The notes under the pieces: generated by a model
Database searches by the model: none
Seen by the model: only the letters and a program-made list of their open reading frames with translations
What the model was told of the DNA's origin: nothing
Translations under genes and position numbers: made by a program
From: Octopus bimaculoides
Lineage: Eukaryota
Direction: 5' to 3'
Assembly: GCF_001194135.2 (NCBI RefSeq)
Contig: NC_068981.1
Location: 127,122,126 to 127,162,270, forward strand
Length of the DNA: 40,145 bases
Shown: positions 10,904 to 23,593 of the stretch, in pieces
Layout of the letters: each line of letters begins with the position of its first letter
How positions within the stretch are numbered: the stretch's first letter is position 1

Positions 10904-11186
10904 CTCATTTACTCTTTTACTTGTTTCAGTCATTTGACTGTGGCCATGCTGGAGCACCGCCTTTAGTCGAGCTTATCGACCCCAGGACTTATTCTTTGTA
11001 AGCCTAGTACTTATTCTATTGGTCTCTCTTTGCCGAACCGCTAGGTTACGGGGACGTAAACACACCAGCATCGGTTGTCAAGCGATGGTGGGGGAACAAA
11101 CACAGACACACAAACACACATACATATATATATACATATATACGACGGGCTTCTTTCAGTTTCCGTCTACCAAATCCACTCACAAG
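10903..11186 (-). mobile_element. SINE 3' part, third family (CORE-like head type); 5' end lies in the gap
   Basis: Minus strand CTTGTGAGTGGATTTGGTAGACGGAAACTGAAAG..TTGACAACCGATGCTGGTGTGTTTACG..GAATAAGTACTAGG aligns with 29119-29296. Confidence 0.85.
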
Positions 11187-11699
11187 NNNNNNNNNNNNNN
11201 NNNNNNNNNNNNNNNNNNNNNNNNNNNNNNNNNNNNNNNNNNNNNNNNNNNNNNNNNNNNNNNNNNNNNNNNNNNNNNNNNNNNNNNNNNNNNNNNNNNN
11301 NNNNNNNNNNNNNNNNNNNNNNNNNNNNNNNNNNNNNNNNNNNNNNNNNNNNNNNNNNNNNNNNNNNNNNNNNNNNNNNNNNNNNNNNNNNNNNNNNNNN
11401 NNNNNNNNNNNNNNNNNNNNNNNNNNNNNNNNNNNNNNNNNNNNNNNNNNNNNNNNNNNNNNNNNNNNNNNNNNNNNNNNNNNNNNNNNNNNNNNNNNNN
11501 NNNNNNNNNNNNNNNNNNNNNNNNNNNNNNNNNNNNNNNNNNNNNNNNNNNNNNNNNNNNNNNNNNNNNNNNNNNNNNNNNNNNNNNNNNNNNNNNNNNN
11601 NNNNNNNNNNNNNNNNNNNNNNNNNNNNNNNNNNNNNNNNNNNNATATTAGTATAATAATGTATCTATTTATATATTGTGTAAGTTATGTGCACATGTG

Positions 11700-13122
11700 T
11701 CTGTGTGTGCGCCCAATCTTCTGCACGAATCTATTTTCGCAAAAGAGAGAAACAAAACTTAGTCTTCTTTCCACCCTTCTCTCAGTAAACCTTTCCGGAA
11801 CGGAATAGTGTTGCAGATAAACGATTCATTCATTAATAGTTACATATTATTATTATTTTCTTCCTGTTTTCGTCATCAGTTTTCTTTCTTCTTCCCTCAC
11901 TTTCTTTACCACCATATTCTCAGTAAATGGATTCCCAACCCAGCTGATTCCGTCAAAAACTACCAGATCACGTTGCCTCATCCTCTCTTAGCTTAGTTAG
12001 CCAACCTGGCCTTGCATTGCCTGCCTGCTGCTGGGAAATCGTACACTCGCTGCTGCTGCTGTTTGCTTTAGTATAGCGCCCCCTCAAAAACCCACGCCAA
12101 AAAAAGAAATCAAAAAGTAAAAGTACTGTTTTAAAACTTTTCTGTTTAGTCTCTCAGTTCCCAATTTAGAGTAGGTTATTAGGAAGTGCTTGGTTTGAAC
12201 AGAAGCTATCGTTTCTTCTCTTTTTCGCTAGTTCGAGTAGTTACAATCAGGGCGATACCAACTTATATCATATAACAATTTCTATTCCGAACTAAACAAG
12301 AGTACATACCATCAACAAGTTTTTCTTACTTTCTTTCTTTTCAAAAAGAAGAAAAGGAACGTAATCTCTTATTTTCTTTCCTAAATCACCGAGTTCCTCC
12401 TTCCTTTTATATTCAAACTGTAAGAGTTTTTTTTTTTATATATTTATATATCACCGAGAGAAAGGAAAATTTGACAGGAATATAGATATTAAAAGCGAAA
12501 GAAAATATAAACATAAATGTATGCATAAAAATAGTAAAACACATTCACGCACGCATAAAAAAGTACCACAAAAAATTTCTTGTAGAAATATTCTGATAAG
12601 TGAAACTCCGAACAGAGTTTCAACAGAAATCTCTGAATAAAGAATATCACTAAAAGATCATTTCTTTCTCGTGTAACTAACGGTATTTATTATGAGATAG
12701 TCAAATCTTGATAGCAAAGTTGCTCTCTACTAAACTTTTCGCTTATTTGAATATGTTCTTTTTATAACTTCATCAACAAACAGCAGCAATAACAATCACG
12801 AGAAAATTTGGAACATTGGCAAGTTAAGAAAGTTGCATGAAAGTTAATTGTTTTAAGTTATACAGTCTTATAAAATTGAGTGAAGTTGTGTGCACACTCG
12901 TACACATAAACATTGAAAATTCATGAGTTTGTATCGAAATACTGTATACGTCTTCAAAGAAACAATTTTCGTTAAAACATGACCAGACAATCTAATCAAT
13001 TTGAAATAATTCCTAGTTTATAAATAACACATTTAGCTTTCTTAAAATAACTGAGTAATTTAAAGAGACTTTCCAAGAAGCGACAGCTTTCGCACTCTCA
13101 AACTGTCACTTTTCTTCGGCAG
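11700..13122 (+). promoter_or_regulatory. Candidate promoter/5'UTR region of the plus-strand gene
   Basis: About 1.4 kb without recognisable transposons, CpG retained, directly upstream of the first candidate exon. TSS not located. Confidence 0.3.
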
Positions 13123-13144
13123 AAAATACTTTAATTTCACCCTC

Positions 13145-13216
13145 ATGGATCGTCAAACTAAAGGAAAACGCGGGAAAATTAAGGAAGATGCAAGTTTAAC
13201 AGACTGTGAAGATTCG
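13145..13216 (+). CDS. Candidate first coding exon of an unknown protein (MDRQTKGKRGKIKEDASLTDCEDS)
   Basis: Acceptor CTGTCACTTTTCTTCGGCAG ends 13122, ATG at 13145, strong donor TCG|GTAAGG, phase 0. The frame is open back to the acceptor, so the ATG may be internal. Confidence 0.5.
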
Positions 13217-14215
13217 GTAAGGTCCAAATAATTTTCATTTTTCTTTTCTTCTTTGGAACTTTCGTGTCATTCTATTTTTACTACACCAAATTAATTGTAG
13301 ATTTTCAATCACGATGAAACGTCACCCACTGAAGTTACCCACCCACTCAACAGTGTTTAGTGATGCCGTAACAGTGTTGTGCATGCAATACTAACTCCCA
13401 AAACATGTGGGACATTTGATAAAGTGAAATTTTTTCATGCTCTAAAATTTATAATTACCTTTAAGCTGTCAATGAAGAAAGGATTTCAGAAACTATTTCT
13501 TGTATTTCATTTTTGTTAATTTTATTTACACAAACTTTTTCTTCTACCTGAGCGTGAAACGACTCGTTATTACAAGTAACTGTGATCTCATGTCCAGAGT
13601 AGTATCTTCATTTTTTTTTTTCCCCTCGCTCCACTTCGATTTCCACTTACCCCACTAAATGAGAAAAAACGTGCATCCCACCATGAAGATATATATATTC
13701 AAAAGAAGTTTAATTAAAAAAATAATTGCCAGTTTTATTCACTTGTTATTTTACTTACGCCCCATTCTGAAGTAACCCACACTAACTCTCCACCAAAATA
13801 TTGTAATGTCCCACCTTGAGAAACAATTGACTAAAGGAACGTGCGCTTTTTTTTATCTATACACAAAGGCACGAAATCTAAGAAAGGTGCTTTGTTTTTC
13901 TTTATGGAAGTAAATAAGACGTAACGGGTTTGTTTTTTCAAACAGCGGTAACAGAGTAAATTAAAGTGAAATGTTTTCGATAATCGGTTCCCGGTTATAG
14001 CTCTACAGATGTTTGCTTCTAGGACAGTTTTTCCGCAATAGAGTTCCCACAAAGAAAAAGAAAGTATTCTGTAAATTTTCACTCTATACTAATTTTTGTC
14101 TTATTAAAATTAGTGTGGCAACTTTTGTCTGTAAAATATAGTCATAGGCTCTGATTTATGGGAAATCCTATAAGGGTTCTGCACAAAAACAACTTTGGGA
14201 ATGAAAGCTCTAGAG

Positions 14216-14420
14216 CAGTGATTTTCAACCATTTTTTTTTTCACCTGTGGATCCTTTTGATTCCCATTTTATTTCGGTGGCTCCTCATAGCCATATGATA
14301 TTTAAAACATCCTATTGCATATTTTATAATTAAATATTATTAAAAGTTGCATTAAAAAAATGTTTAACATATTTTGTGTATCGTAGAAGTATAACCAATT
14401 CATTGCACAATAAACCACTG
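14216..14420 (+). mobile_element. hAT-type MITE, right end degenerate
   Basis: Termini CAGTG..CACTG with perfect 8-bp TSD CTCTAGAG (14208-14215; 14421-14428). Confidence 0.7.
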
Positions 14421-14976
14421 CTCTAGAGAAACGTAATGGAAAAACTTGACATTCATGCATTTTCCAAGGAAATTAGCAGCTTGAATGTTTCCAAGAAAAT
14501 GGCAGAGTCGACTCGTCAGGAGTGTAGTCTACTCACCAACAATCAATCAATCAATCTATCTGTCTGTCTGTCTGTTGGCGTGTGTGTGTGTGTGTGTGTG
14601 TGTTACCTCGGAGAGAAGGATGGAGCTCATGTTCCTTAAACGGGCTTCTGAGGGACAGAGGAGGCTATCATCAAAGTATATATGTGAAATACTGTGGACT
14701 CTGCCAGAGTCACCAAAAGTGCAAGGTGGCGGTGTTAAACCTGGCAATGGGTTATACCAGCCAGCCAAGTAGGAATATTTGGTGTATATTTAGTGTGGTT
14801 TACTAGTCCTTAACTTGTTAAGATTTCAGCCTCAGTTCACTTCCCACAAATAATGAAAAGAACCAGGCAAACTTTCCTCGGTGTGTGTGTGTGTGTGTGT
14901 GTGTTTACACATACACACGTTCAAACACAAATACCTTTTTCTAATTCAAATGTAATATAGTGTATATATGTCTGCA

Positions 14977-15107
14977 GAAGGCACATAACTCAATGGTTAG
15001 AATGTCAAGCTTATGATCATGAGGTTGTGAGTTTGATTCCCGGACCGGGATGCTTGTGTTCTTCAGCAAGACGCTTTGTTTCACGTTGCTCCAATTCATT
15101 CATCTGA
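14977..15107 (+). mobile_element. SINE 5' fragment (tRNA-like head), related to 10193
   Basis: A-box-like AACTCAATGGTTAG, B-box-like GTTTGATTCCC, then TGTGTTCTTCAGCAAGAC..TTCACGTTGCTCCA. Confidence 0.65.
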
Positions 15108-15583
15108 CTATTTCCTAACGCTCGGGCTGTTACCTAACACTCTATTAAACCCCTGATGGGAAGCTGATTGGTAATGATGGATATACAATACTGTACATTT
15201 TAATATACTCACTTTACTGACAGATATATGAGTGCATTTTTTCCTGACATATGGACTCTTGGCTTACACATATAGTATATATATNNNNNNNNNNNNNNNN
15301 NNNNNNNNNNNNNNNNNNNNNNNNNNNNNNNNNNNNNNNNNNNNNNNNNNNNNNNNNNNNNNNNNNNNNNNNNNNNNNNNNNNNATCCCATATACCTCTC
15401 TCCACCCTATACATTCAATAATACTATAAAAAGTGACAAATCTTCTGAAGTGAAATGGAAATCATATCTGAAGAATCTACAAGAATAGATGCAAGCGATA
15501 ATATTTATAAAACATGTGACATATTAATAAAAATCTGTAAATGTACAACCATCCAGATATCTGAGTACCTTATTATTTTTTCT

Positions 15584-15620
<37 letters not shown>

Positions 15621-16087
15621 GAGACCTTTGGAAATGTGCTTGACTACTGACCGAGACCTTTGGAAATGTGCTGTGCGTGAGAAGACCCGGCAAGCCAAGT
15701 AAGATCGTTGCCAGTGCCCCTGGACTGGCTCTTGTGCGGGTGGCACATGAGATGCACCATTTTGAGCGTGGCCATTGCCAGTACCGCCTGACTGGCTCCC
15801 GTAGGATTTTCGAGCGAGATCGTTGCCAGTGCCCCTGGACTGGCTTGTGCGGGTGGCACATAAAAGACACCATTTCGAGCATGGCCGTTTTCGTGCGGGT
15901 GACACATAAAAGCACCCACTACACTCTCTGAGTGGTTGGTGTTAGGAAGGGCATCCAGCTGTAGAAACTCTGCCAAATTAGATTGGAGCCTGGTGTTGCC
16001 ATCCGGTTTCACCAGTCCTCAGTCAAATCGTCCAACCCATGCTAGCATGGAAAGCGGACGTTAAACGATGATGATGATGATGATGAT
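15621..16087 (+). mobile_element. Non-autonomous retroposon with tandem hairpin modules and (GAT)n tail (RTE-type ends suspected)
   Basis: 3' 190 bp (CACTACACTCTCTGAGTGGTTGG..GGAAGGGCATCCAGCTGTAGAAAC..CCAACCCATGCTAGCATGGAAAG..TTAAACGATGATGAT) is near-identical to 32240-32423. Internal repeated GCCAGT..ACTGGC modules. Confidence 0.85.
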
Positions 16088-16550
16088 AGTGATGCGATTG
16101 AAAATAATATATTTAGAGTATCAAATGTAAAGGGAATCTGGGAAAGCATCCATCGTAAGGTTCAAAAGAAAAAGGAATCCAGAATAATGCAAGAATAAAT
16201 CCATGTCTACGAACATTTCGAAAACCGCTGCTGCAATTCATTAAATATCAGGACACTAAATCGGCTGTGACCCCTTAATCAGGACAAAATAATATATATT
16301 CATTGGAGAGGTTTCCCTTTCTGGTAATCTATTATTATTATAAGAAACTAAAAAGAAAATGGAACACTTAAATAGAGTATGTACGGAATAAAAATAAATA
16401 AATATGTATGGAATAAAAATAAATAAATAAAATAAATAGGCCTAAGAATAAAGAGAATTTAAAAATTAAAATCTTAAAATCCTGATTGTATAAGCAAGGA
16501 CTCTTCTAAAATTCATAATTTTTTTATCACAATCAAACAAGAGGCTAGAA

Positions 16551-17511
16551 TTCAGAGATTATTTGAGTCACTAACCGGTTTTGAAACACCCTTCGGCAGT
16601 TCTGGATGGACCGCTATAACATCGTGATATGCTTCAGAATTATCAATATGGCTTGGTAGGGTGTTACAAAGAGGACCTTGACCTCTGTAGGGAAGAAGCT
16701 GTGGCCTGAAGTTGTGTCTGAAATGGACTTTGAGAGACTGGAACCTGAAGCAGCAGTGGTGGAGGAGATTGGTATCCCTCATCAAGTCCATGAGCCTGGA
16801 CGTGGATGAAGGTGATATCAATAAGCTCATTGAGGAGCACTCCGAGAAACTGACAACAGAAGAACTACAGATGTAGGAGCTACAGACACAGAAGCACATG
16901 GAGGTTTTACAGGAAATAGGTGATGTGGAGGAGACAGAGGAAGAGGAAATGTTGGGGATGTGGGAGAAACTTTCAGACTTTATGCGAAAGAAACACCCAG
17001 AAAAAGTTGCAGCTGGGTGTGCGATGGTACTATTTGACACTTGCCTAACTCTTTCAGAAACACTCTGAAAGTGATGATAAAACAGACTTATATTGGACAG
17101 GTTTTTATTGAAAACTCCTGCAAATGAAAGTGAGGAAAGTGTGGCAAAAAGGGTAAAAAAATCAGCAAATAAGATTCAGCAATTCAGTTCAGCCTTTCTC
17201 CTCCACTTCCGTCAGCATCCTCAAGTCATGTGATCTCCAAGGTAAATGCTGTACGTTATACTTAATAAAATCAGTTTATTGCAGTACATTCTATTGTATT
17301 GTTTTTTATACAATATTCATTATTTAGAAGTACACGTTTCTTATTTAAAAACATGCAACAAAAAATTGCGGTGTTTTTTGGGGGCGGGGTGTGGAATAGA
17401 TTAAAGACCTTTCAATTCATTTCAATGGGGAAATTTGATTTGACATATGAGTAATTTGAGTTACGAGCTCTGTCATGGAACAAATTAAACTTGTAAATCA
17501 AAGTACCACTA
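16551..17511 (+). mobile_element. pogo/Tigger-like DNA transposon 3' remnant (decayed transposase C-terminus plus right TIR)
   Basis: Plus strand with stops and frameshifts: TLRQFWMDRYNIVICFRIINMAW*GVTKRTLTSVGKKLWPE..VSLIKSMSLDVDEGDINKLIEEHSEKLTTEEL..KKHPEK. Right end reverse-complements to TA-TAGTGGTACTTTGATTTAC.., a Tigger-type terminus. Confidence 0.85.
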
Positions 17512-17588
17512 TATATGTATATATATATAGATATAGATATATATACATATACGTGCACACACACACACACACACACATGTATATATAC

Positions 17589-17619
<31 letters not shown>

Positions 17620-18695
17620 ATCTATTGCTGTACCAATACATTGTTACAGACAACATTAAAGTAAAACTGCTTACCGTTGATGTATTTATCTTTACTTTCT
17701 GGTGTGTTTTTTTTACAACTAGATTCCATTCTTATCAGCATTTTATTGCATGGACTGGATGAATTTTATCATGCTACCAACACTAGAGAAGTTGTCCCTG
17801 ACAGAGCTAAATAACCTAGCCTTTGTTATCTATTCCTATTTTATTTTTTGATATAGTTTTTACAGCTGGGTATCCTTTATAACACAAACAATTTTACAGT
17901 GTTGACTGGTGCAGTTTGTTGTGTCTGTGATGCAAATATAAAATTTTATATACATCAAGTTAATTGCTTCATATGATAACTAAGATTTATATAAGATCAT
18001 AACCTTTACATAGAGTGTTTGAATTTGGATTGAGATCACAGGTAGATGTGTGGAAGTAGGATAATGAACAGTCAGAGCTAGTAGCTAACTGGTTTACGCC
18101 ACTGCTGTCTTACCCAGCTTGGTCAGCACAGCCATAATGTTAAGTACTACAATACTATAATTCAACCAGTACCTAGATACATCAGTAGAAGTATCAATAA
18201 GAGGTAGAACCTTGACATATGAATATCAATACTGACACACATGTGCATGCACTCACTGGAAAATGAAATCATTTAAATTCAATGTGCACATTTGTTGGAA
18301 TCAGAAGAGTTTTTAGAATAAAAATATCACCGCCCTTAACATAACTTGTCAAAATTGTTTCTTCTGTGATGTGAAGAAACATTTTCATCATCACCAGGTG
18401 AGTCCTATTGCAAATTTGAAAGATATGTTAATTTCTGAGAAGCAATCCCCACCCACACACAGTCACACTCTTAGTTCTTCTATCCCAATGCACTTCTGCT
18501 CTACTTTGTATCTTGAGGAGCTAGCTGAACTTGCAGCTCCTACTGAACATTCTCACTCTCTCTCTCCTAAAGGTGAGTAACTATATAGTTCCTCTACAAA
18601 AACCAGCTTGCCCCTCCTTCCTTCCCTTCTTTTATACTTTAACCTCTTATCTCCTTGTATAAAGTGCTCCCCCCACCACTTGGGCTTCAGAGTCT

Positions 18696-18886
18696 TGCAT
18701 GCTGGAGGCACAAAAGAAACAACTCAGTACATACTGTAAAGTGCTTGGCATTAGGAAAGGCATTAAGTTGTTGAAACCATGCTAAAGTAGACACTGGAGC
18801 ACAATGCAGTCCATGGACCCATAGAATCCTGTTAAACCATCCAACCCATACCAGCATGGAATACGGACCTTAAATGATGATGATGA
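18696..18886 (+). mobile_element. Diverged (GAT)n-tailed retroposon 3' fragment
   Basis: GGCATTAGGAAAGGCAT..CCATCCAACCCATACCAGCATGGAA..TAAATGATGATGATG, shared with the 15621 family. Confidence 0.7.
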
Positions 18887-19003
18887 ATGACAGGAGGCAT
18901 GAGGAGTCATCTACCTGAAGATTAACTGATAGCATGGAATTACAGAAGGATTCAGTGCATTTAAAAACTCTGTTGAGTAATTTACTGATTCAGTGGGTTA
19001 TAT

Positions 19004-19241
19004 CAGGGGTTTTCAAACTGTAGACAGCAAATACTTTTTATGGGCAATTTGATTTTATATATGTTTCTTAATCGAAATCTTTTAATTGACAATAAACCTA
19101 TTTGTTAAATACTGTTAAATAAATAAATGTAAAAATATATGTTATTTTAAGCAAATATTTATGTATAAATTTCATAAGCGTTTATAAGGTAAAGCCTGAA
19201 ACATAAAGGGGTCCGCAAGTCAAAAAATTTGAAAACCCCTG
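19004..19241 (+). mobile_element. hAT-type MITE, copy 1 (internally deleted)
   Basis: TIR CAGGGGTTTTCAAA..TTTGAAAACCCCTG; perfect 8-bp TSD GGTTATAT (18996-19003; 19242-19249). Reverse complement of 26533-26830. Confidence 0.95.
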
Positions 19242-19517
19242 GGTTATATCATTGAAATTAAAGATTCATATGTAATGGACAAGAAGATCCCAACATTTGA
19301 AATTCATCTCATTTATTGTTTCACTTATTGGAGCTAATATTGCTCTTTCTTTAATATATGTGTTCATTAAAGTGGAGATGGACATTTGGGTATACTTTTG
19401 CTACCCGTTCTTTTACATCTCAAGCTTGTATATTATTGCATCATTGTCGCCTAGGATTTGATCATTGCCAATTTGAAGCAATTAATTGTCATATTTATCA
19501 ACTGTTCTCCTTGTTAA

Positions 19518-19739
19518 CACTTTAGCATTTAGACCAACCAAATCTATTCCAGATAGTCTTACCTGTTTTATGTTCAAATCAGCCAGATCTGGCCTCTCAC
19601 ACCTATCACCACAGTGTCATTCTAAAAATAAACAATCGCATCATTGGAATCTTGAAGCTACATGATAATGCATGATTAATTCAAAACAATGTGAATAAAT
19701 AAGCATTACATTTAACCATGTAATTTGAATGCTAAAGGA
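19518..19739 (+). mobile_element. piggyBac-type MITE, copy 1
   Basis: TTAA at 19514-17 and 19740-43; ends CACTTTAGCATT..AATGCTAAAGGA; internal sequence shared with 26021-26233. Confidence 0.8.
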
Positions 19740-20457
19740 TTAAATAACTCTTGTGTTCAATGACAGGGTTGATTTTTTGACATATCTCTAAAGAGATGAA
19801 GCTTTGAGGTAGGCATTAAACTCATCTGTCAGTGTGCCCTTAAAAATCAGAGACAGAATTTGTTGGAAATCACCTGTAAGCAGGAATCTTTTCTCTCCAT
19901 AATGTCATTGAATTTTTTTTTTCTTTTCTGTATGTCCTTCAGTGTCCAATCCAATTCTTTGAAGAAGCTCTTCTGTTGGTCATTATGTGCTGTACAGTAG
20001 CTATATCGAGTTAGTAGTGTGCTGTACAGTAGCTATATTGAGTTAGATCTATTGTAAATCGTAAGGATGGTTGTTAGAGTAGCATACAAATAATTCAAAA
20101 TCATCTAGTGTTCCATTTTGTTGTGGGTTTTCTGTATGAAACAAAGCTTTGGGCTGTTTAGATATGAGCTGATGAAATCAATCACTGTGTAAAGCAATGA
20201 TTCATGTCAGCAACAACATTTTATCTGTATTAGATGATATGAAAATATTTGATAGAAACTTAAAGATAATGGTGTAGTCTTAAATGAAAACATCGTTTTA
20301 CTTTGGAGGTCAGAAACATAAACATGAAAAAAATCGTCCTGGTTTAGTTTAGAATAAAAGACAGCATTGTTATTTCATATTTGTAGAACCATCGTCATGC
20401 TAGAGAAACTTAAATAGCTATCATCAAATCATCAAAGTTATTGCCTTTTGCTCTTAG

Positions 20458-20565
20458 AATACATAAATGCACTGTTTCTTCTGCTGAAGCTTGCCATAGG
20501 AGAGAGCATACATATAACGATATAAATAACCCACTTGTTTTTGATTATTTGTATATTTTGAGAAG
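20458..20565 (+). CDS. Candidate internal exon A (phase 2-2): IHKCTVSSAEACHRREHTYNDINNPLVFDYLYILRR
   Basis: Acceptor TTGCCTTTTGCTCTTAG, donor AG|GTCAGA, 108 nt, only one open frame, phase-compatible with exon B. Alternative acceptor at 20489 possible. Confidence 0.42.
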
Positions 20566-21179
20566 GTCAGATTAGAAACAGATCTCTTATTGTTTGAAGT
20601 TGAAAGATCCTTCTAGTGTGACTTATGAAGAAAAATGAAACCTTGTTGTTTGTTGTAAAGTTTTCAAACTTTCATTAATGTTCTGTTTATTAAACAATAC
20701 TTCAACTGGGGAGGTCTCTCTCTCTCTCTCTCTCACTTTCTCTTTCTCACTGACTCACACACAATCATGCATACACACACACACACATACGCACATGCAC
20801 ACATTATCATTATCAAATTATATTCTAAGAGCCAATATATTTATCGCTACCATTGAATCACTATAAATTGTCAACAACAAGGAATCGTTTTGACAAAATA
20901 GATAGCTGGTTTACAATGGCAGTTTATAAACCCAAGGTCACTATATATAATGAAAGGCTTTTAAGTAGCTTAAGGAATAAAGGTGTTGAAATCAATGTGA
21001 AAATCTCAAAATCTTCACAAACAAGTAATTAACTAACTTCAGTTATTGCTTTTACTTCAACACAGCTTTAATGCTAACATCTATGCAAACCTCTCAACAT
21101 TATATGTACACCAATTTCATTTTCTACATTATATTAACAATCACAACCACAAAACCATTTTGACTCACTCTCACATGTA

Positions 21180-22960
21180 ATGCGCCACCTGTACCATCTT
21201 TGTAGAAGACTAAAATGCAAGTTGTCCATTTTAGATCTATTCCACTTAACATTGTAGCCCAAGGAGGAAAATCAGGATTTATAGGCTTTGCACACCCTCC
21301 CAGACTGATGAGGTCAGTGTCGTTGTTCAGTGTAGTTGTTCAGTGTGACAGTGATGAAACTTCTCCACTTATGTTTCAGTACAATCCAGGAATAACATAA
21401 CAGTTAAGTAACATTTTGCATGTCATATAGAACAGTTGTATGAACAACAGTAGCATCTCTTTTACCACATCTCCTCCTGTATTGAAGACATATGTCTCAG
21501 TTCACCCCTCTCTGAAGTCATCTTTCCCAGTGACTTTAATGTACACAACTCACTATGGCTCCCTTACTCAGCCCATACTAATATCATTATACAGAAGCTG
21601 AAACCTTCACAATCCTCAACTCTCTATATCAACATGACTCATCCCCTCATGAATTTCAGATCAACACACAGATACTCCAAACACCTTTGATCTTTTTCTC
21701 ACTTCTTAACCCAATCACTTCCAAACTAAAGCTCTCTCTGCATTTATTGTGTTGTCAGTACTCAATACATATCTACATACCACACAACACACTTTACAGC
21801 TAAACTTTGTGCACTTCAAGCTAGCTGACTAGTTGGAACACTGATAGTTTTATACCAGCTACTCCTGACAACTCATGTGAATCGCTCCTGACTCATCAGA
21901 AATATCTAGATAGATGACAAACTATCCTTTTAGGCATATCCTTCTATATACTGTTCACAACAAAACTCTGTACTCCATGTTGAAATCTGGATTTATAGGC
22001 TTTGCACACCCTCCCAGACTGATGAGGTCAGTGTAGTTGTTCAGTGTGACAGTGATGAAACTTCTCCACTTACATCTCAGTACAATCCAGGAATAATATA
22101 ACAGTTAAGTAACATTTTGCATGTCATATAGAACAGTTGTATGAACAACAGTTCAACAGTTGTATGAACAATAGTAGTTCAACAGTTGTATGAACAACAG
22201 TGGTTCACTTGTAGTTGTGCGGAAGCTGTCCAGACAAAAAACAAGCTTTACAATCCCTGGAGAAAGTCACCCTACCCCATCCCCAAAGTACTACAACTAC
22301 TGCAAAACCACTATCCAACCCATGAAAGATGACTTCATGCATTGTACAACCCTGAAGTTACCCTGCCTTCTAAACTGTGGTGTTTTAGTTTCCTTATTAC
22401 AATGATTTCGACCAGCTTTGCAGAATCTCCTTTCTAGCCACTTTGCAACAGCAGTGTGTGTTTATGTGAGCAGTATTCTCACAGAGAATGTCTCAACCTT
22501 TGCTGTTTGCTTTAAAGCCAACTTCACACTGCACACACTTAGAAAATCTCTTCTAAATCTATGCCTTTCAATTTTATCAGGTCCATGCATACATACATAC
22601 ATGCTTTCATGCATGCACTCAACTGATTGGCAAAAAATCACTGATATACATACTCAAGCTTCTGGCCCATAGTTATGCTGTCTGCTCTCCCTGCCTCTGC
22701 TCCTCAGAGCTAGCCGGGCTCATGTCATTCAGCCATTTCCAACCCAGTCATCTCTCTTTTTCATCACCCTTGTTATATCAAACCCTGTACTGATCACTAC
22801 CCTTAGTCCTTTCTTTCTAGAACTTTGGCCCTCTGGAATTCCCCTCCTTGCTTATAACTTTCCTACAGCTGTTGATTTGCAATGGTTTAAGAGGAACATT
22901 AATGGCACAATCTCACTGGTCTTGGCAGGCTTGCCTCTTTCTCCAAACCCAGCCAGTTTA
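21180..22960 (+). mobile_element. Decayed CR1/Jockey-superfamily LINE remnant (APE endonuclease and ORF2 C-terminus)
   Basis: ~21470-21720 reads FYHISSCIEDICLSSPLSEVIFPSDFNVHNSLWL..ISDQHTDTPNTFDLFLTS (GDFNvH and tLDLfl endonuclease motifs). ~22810-22910 reads SFLSRTLALWNSP/AYNFPTAVDLQWFKRNIN, a typical ORF2 end. Most of the RT is missing; boundaries approximate. Confidence 0.7.
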
Positions 22961-23593
22961 TGTATGTATGCATGCTTTCTTACTTGCTTGCATGTATGTA
23001 TGTATAAAATTATGCAGAAATTTAATATTGTACAAATATTATAGCTAACAGAATGCATAAAAGTATTATGCTCTATGATGGCAATATAATAATGCACCCA
23101 TATGATTAAATGCTCTAACAGACTGAAGAGAGTTCTGATGTAAGAGGAAGTGCACTAGAAATCTAGAAATGCATTTACAAAGAAGATGAGCTGCAGCTAA
23201 GAGTATAAGATAAACACAATTTCATTAGAGACATAATTACTGCAAGTAATGGAGCTAATGGTAGCCTTACAGTTGTATTTCACAATAGTTGAAAGAACTT
23301 TAGGAACATTAATTTTATGTTGATAAAAAAAATTATATATTTAATTCTTTATTACAAATGTTGGGTTGTTTGTTATTTATTTATAAAATTGTACCACAAT
23401 TTTACAGCATCATCTTCAGATGACAAGAATGCCTTCAGGAGTAATTTAAATATAAATCACATGCTATAGAAGTTGTTTTTTGACTTGAAATTCAAAAACA
23501 AAGAAACTCACAAAACATACAAACAAAACAATCAGTGATGTTATGGGATTTATAAACATGAAATATAGTCAGTGAAATCAACTAAATGGAAAT

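Noticed and set aside
12074-12084. CTCF-like motif AGGGGGCGCTA (minus strand)
   Set aside because: Only the 3' half matches; the conserved CCACC part is TTTTG.
16552-17040. 162-aa minus-strand ORF
   Set aside because: Antisense shadow of the decayed Tigger transposase on the plus strand.
18371-18580. ORF with two GTGAGT donors (after 18396 and 18571)
   Set aside because: No strong acceptor, and phases do not link the 13145 exon to exon A. It remains a weak candidate.
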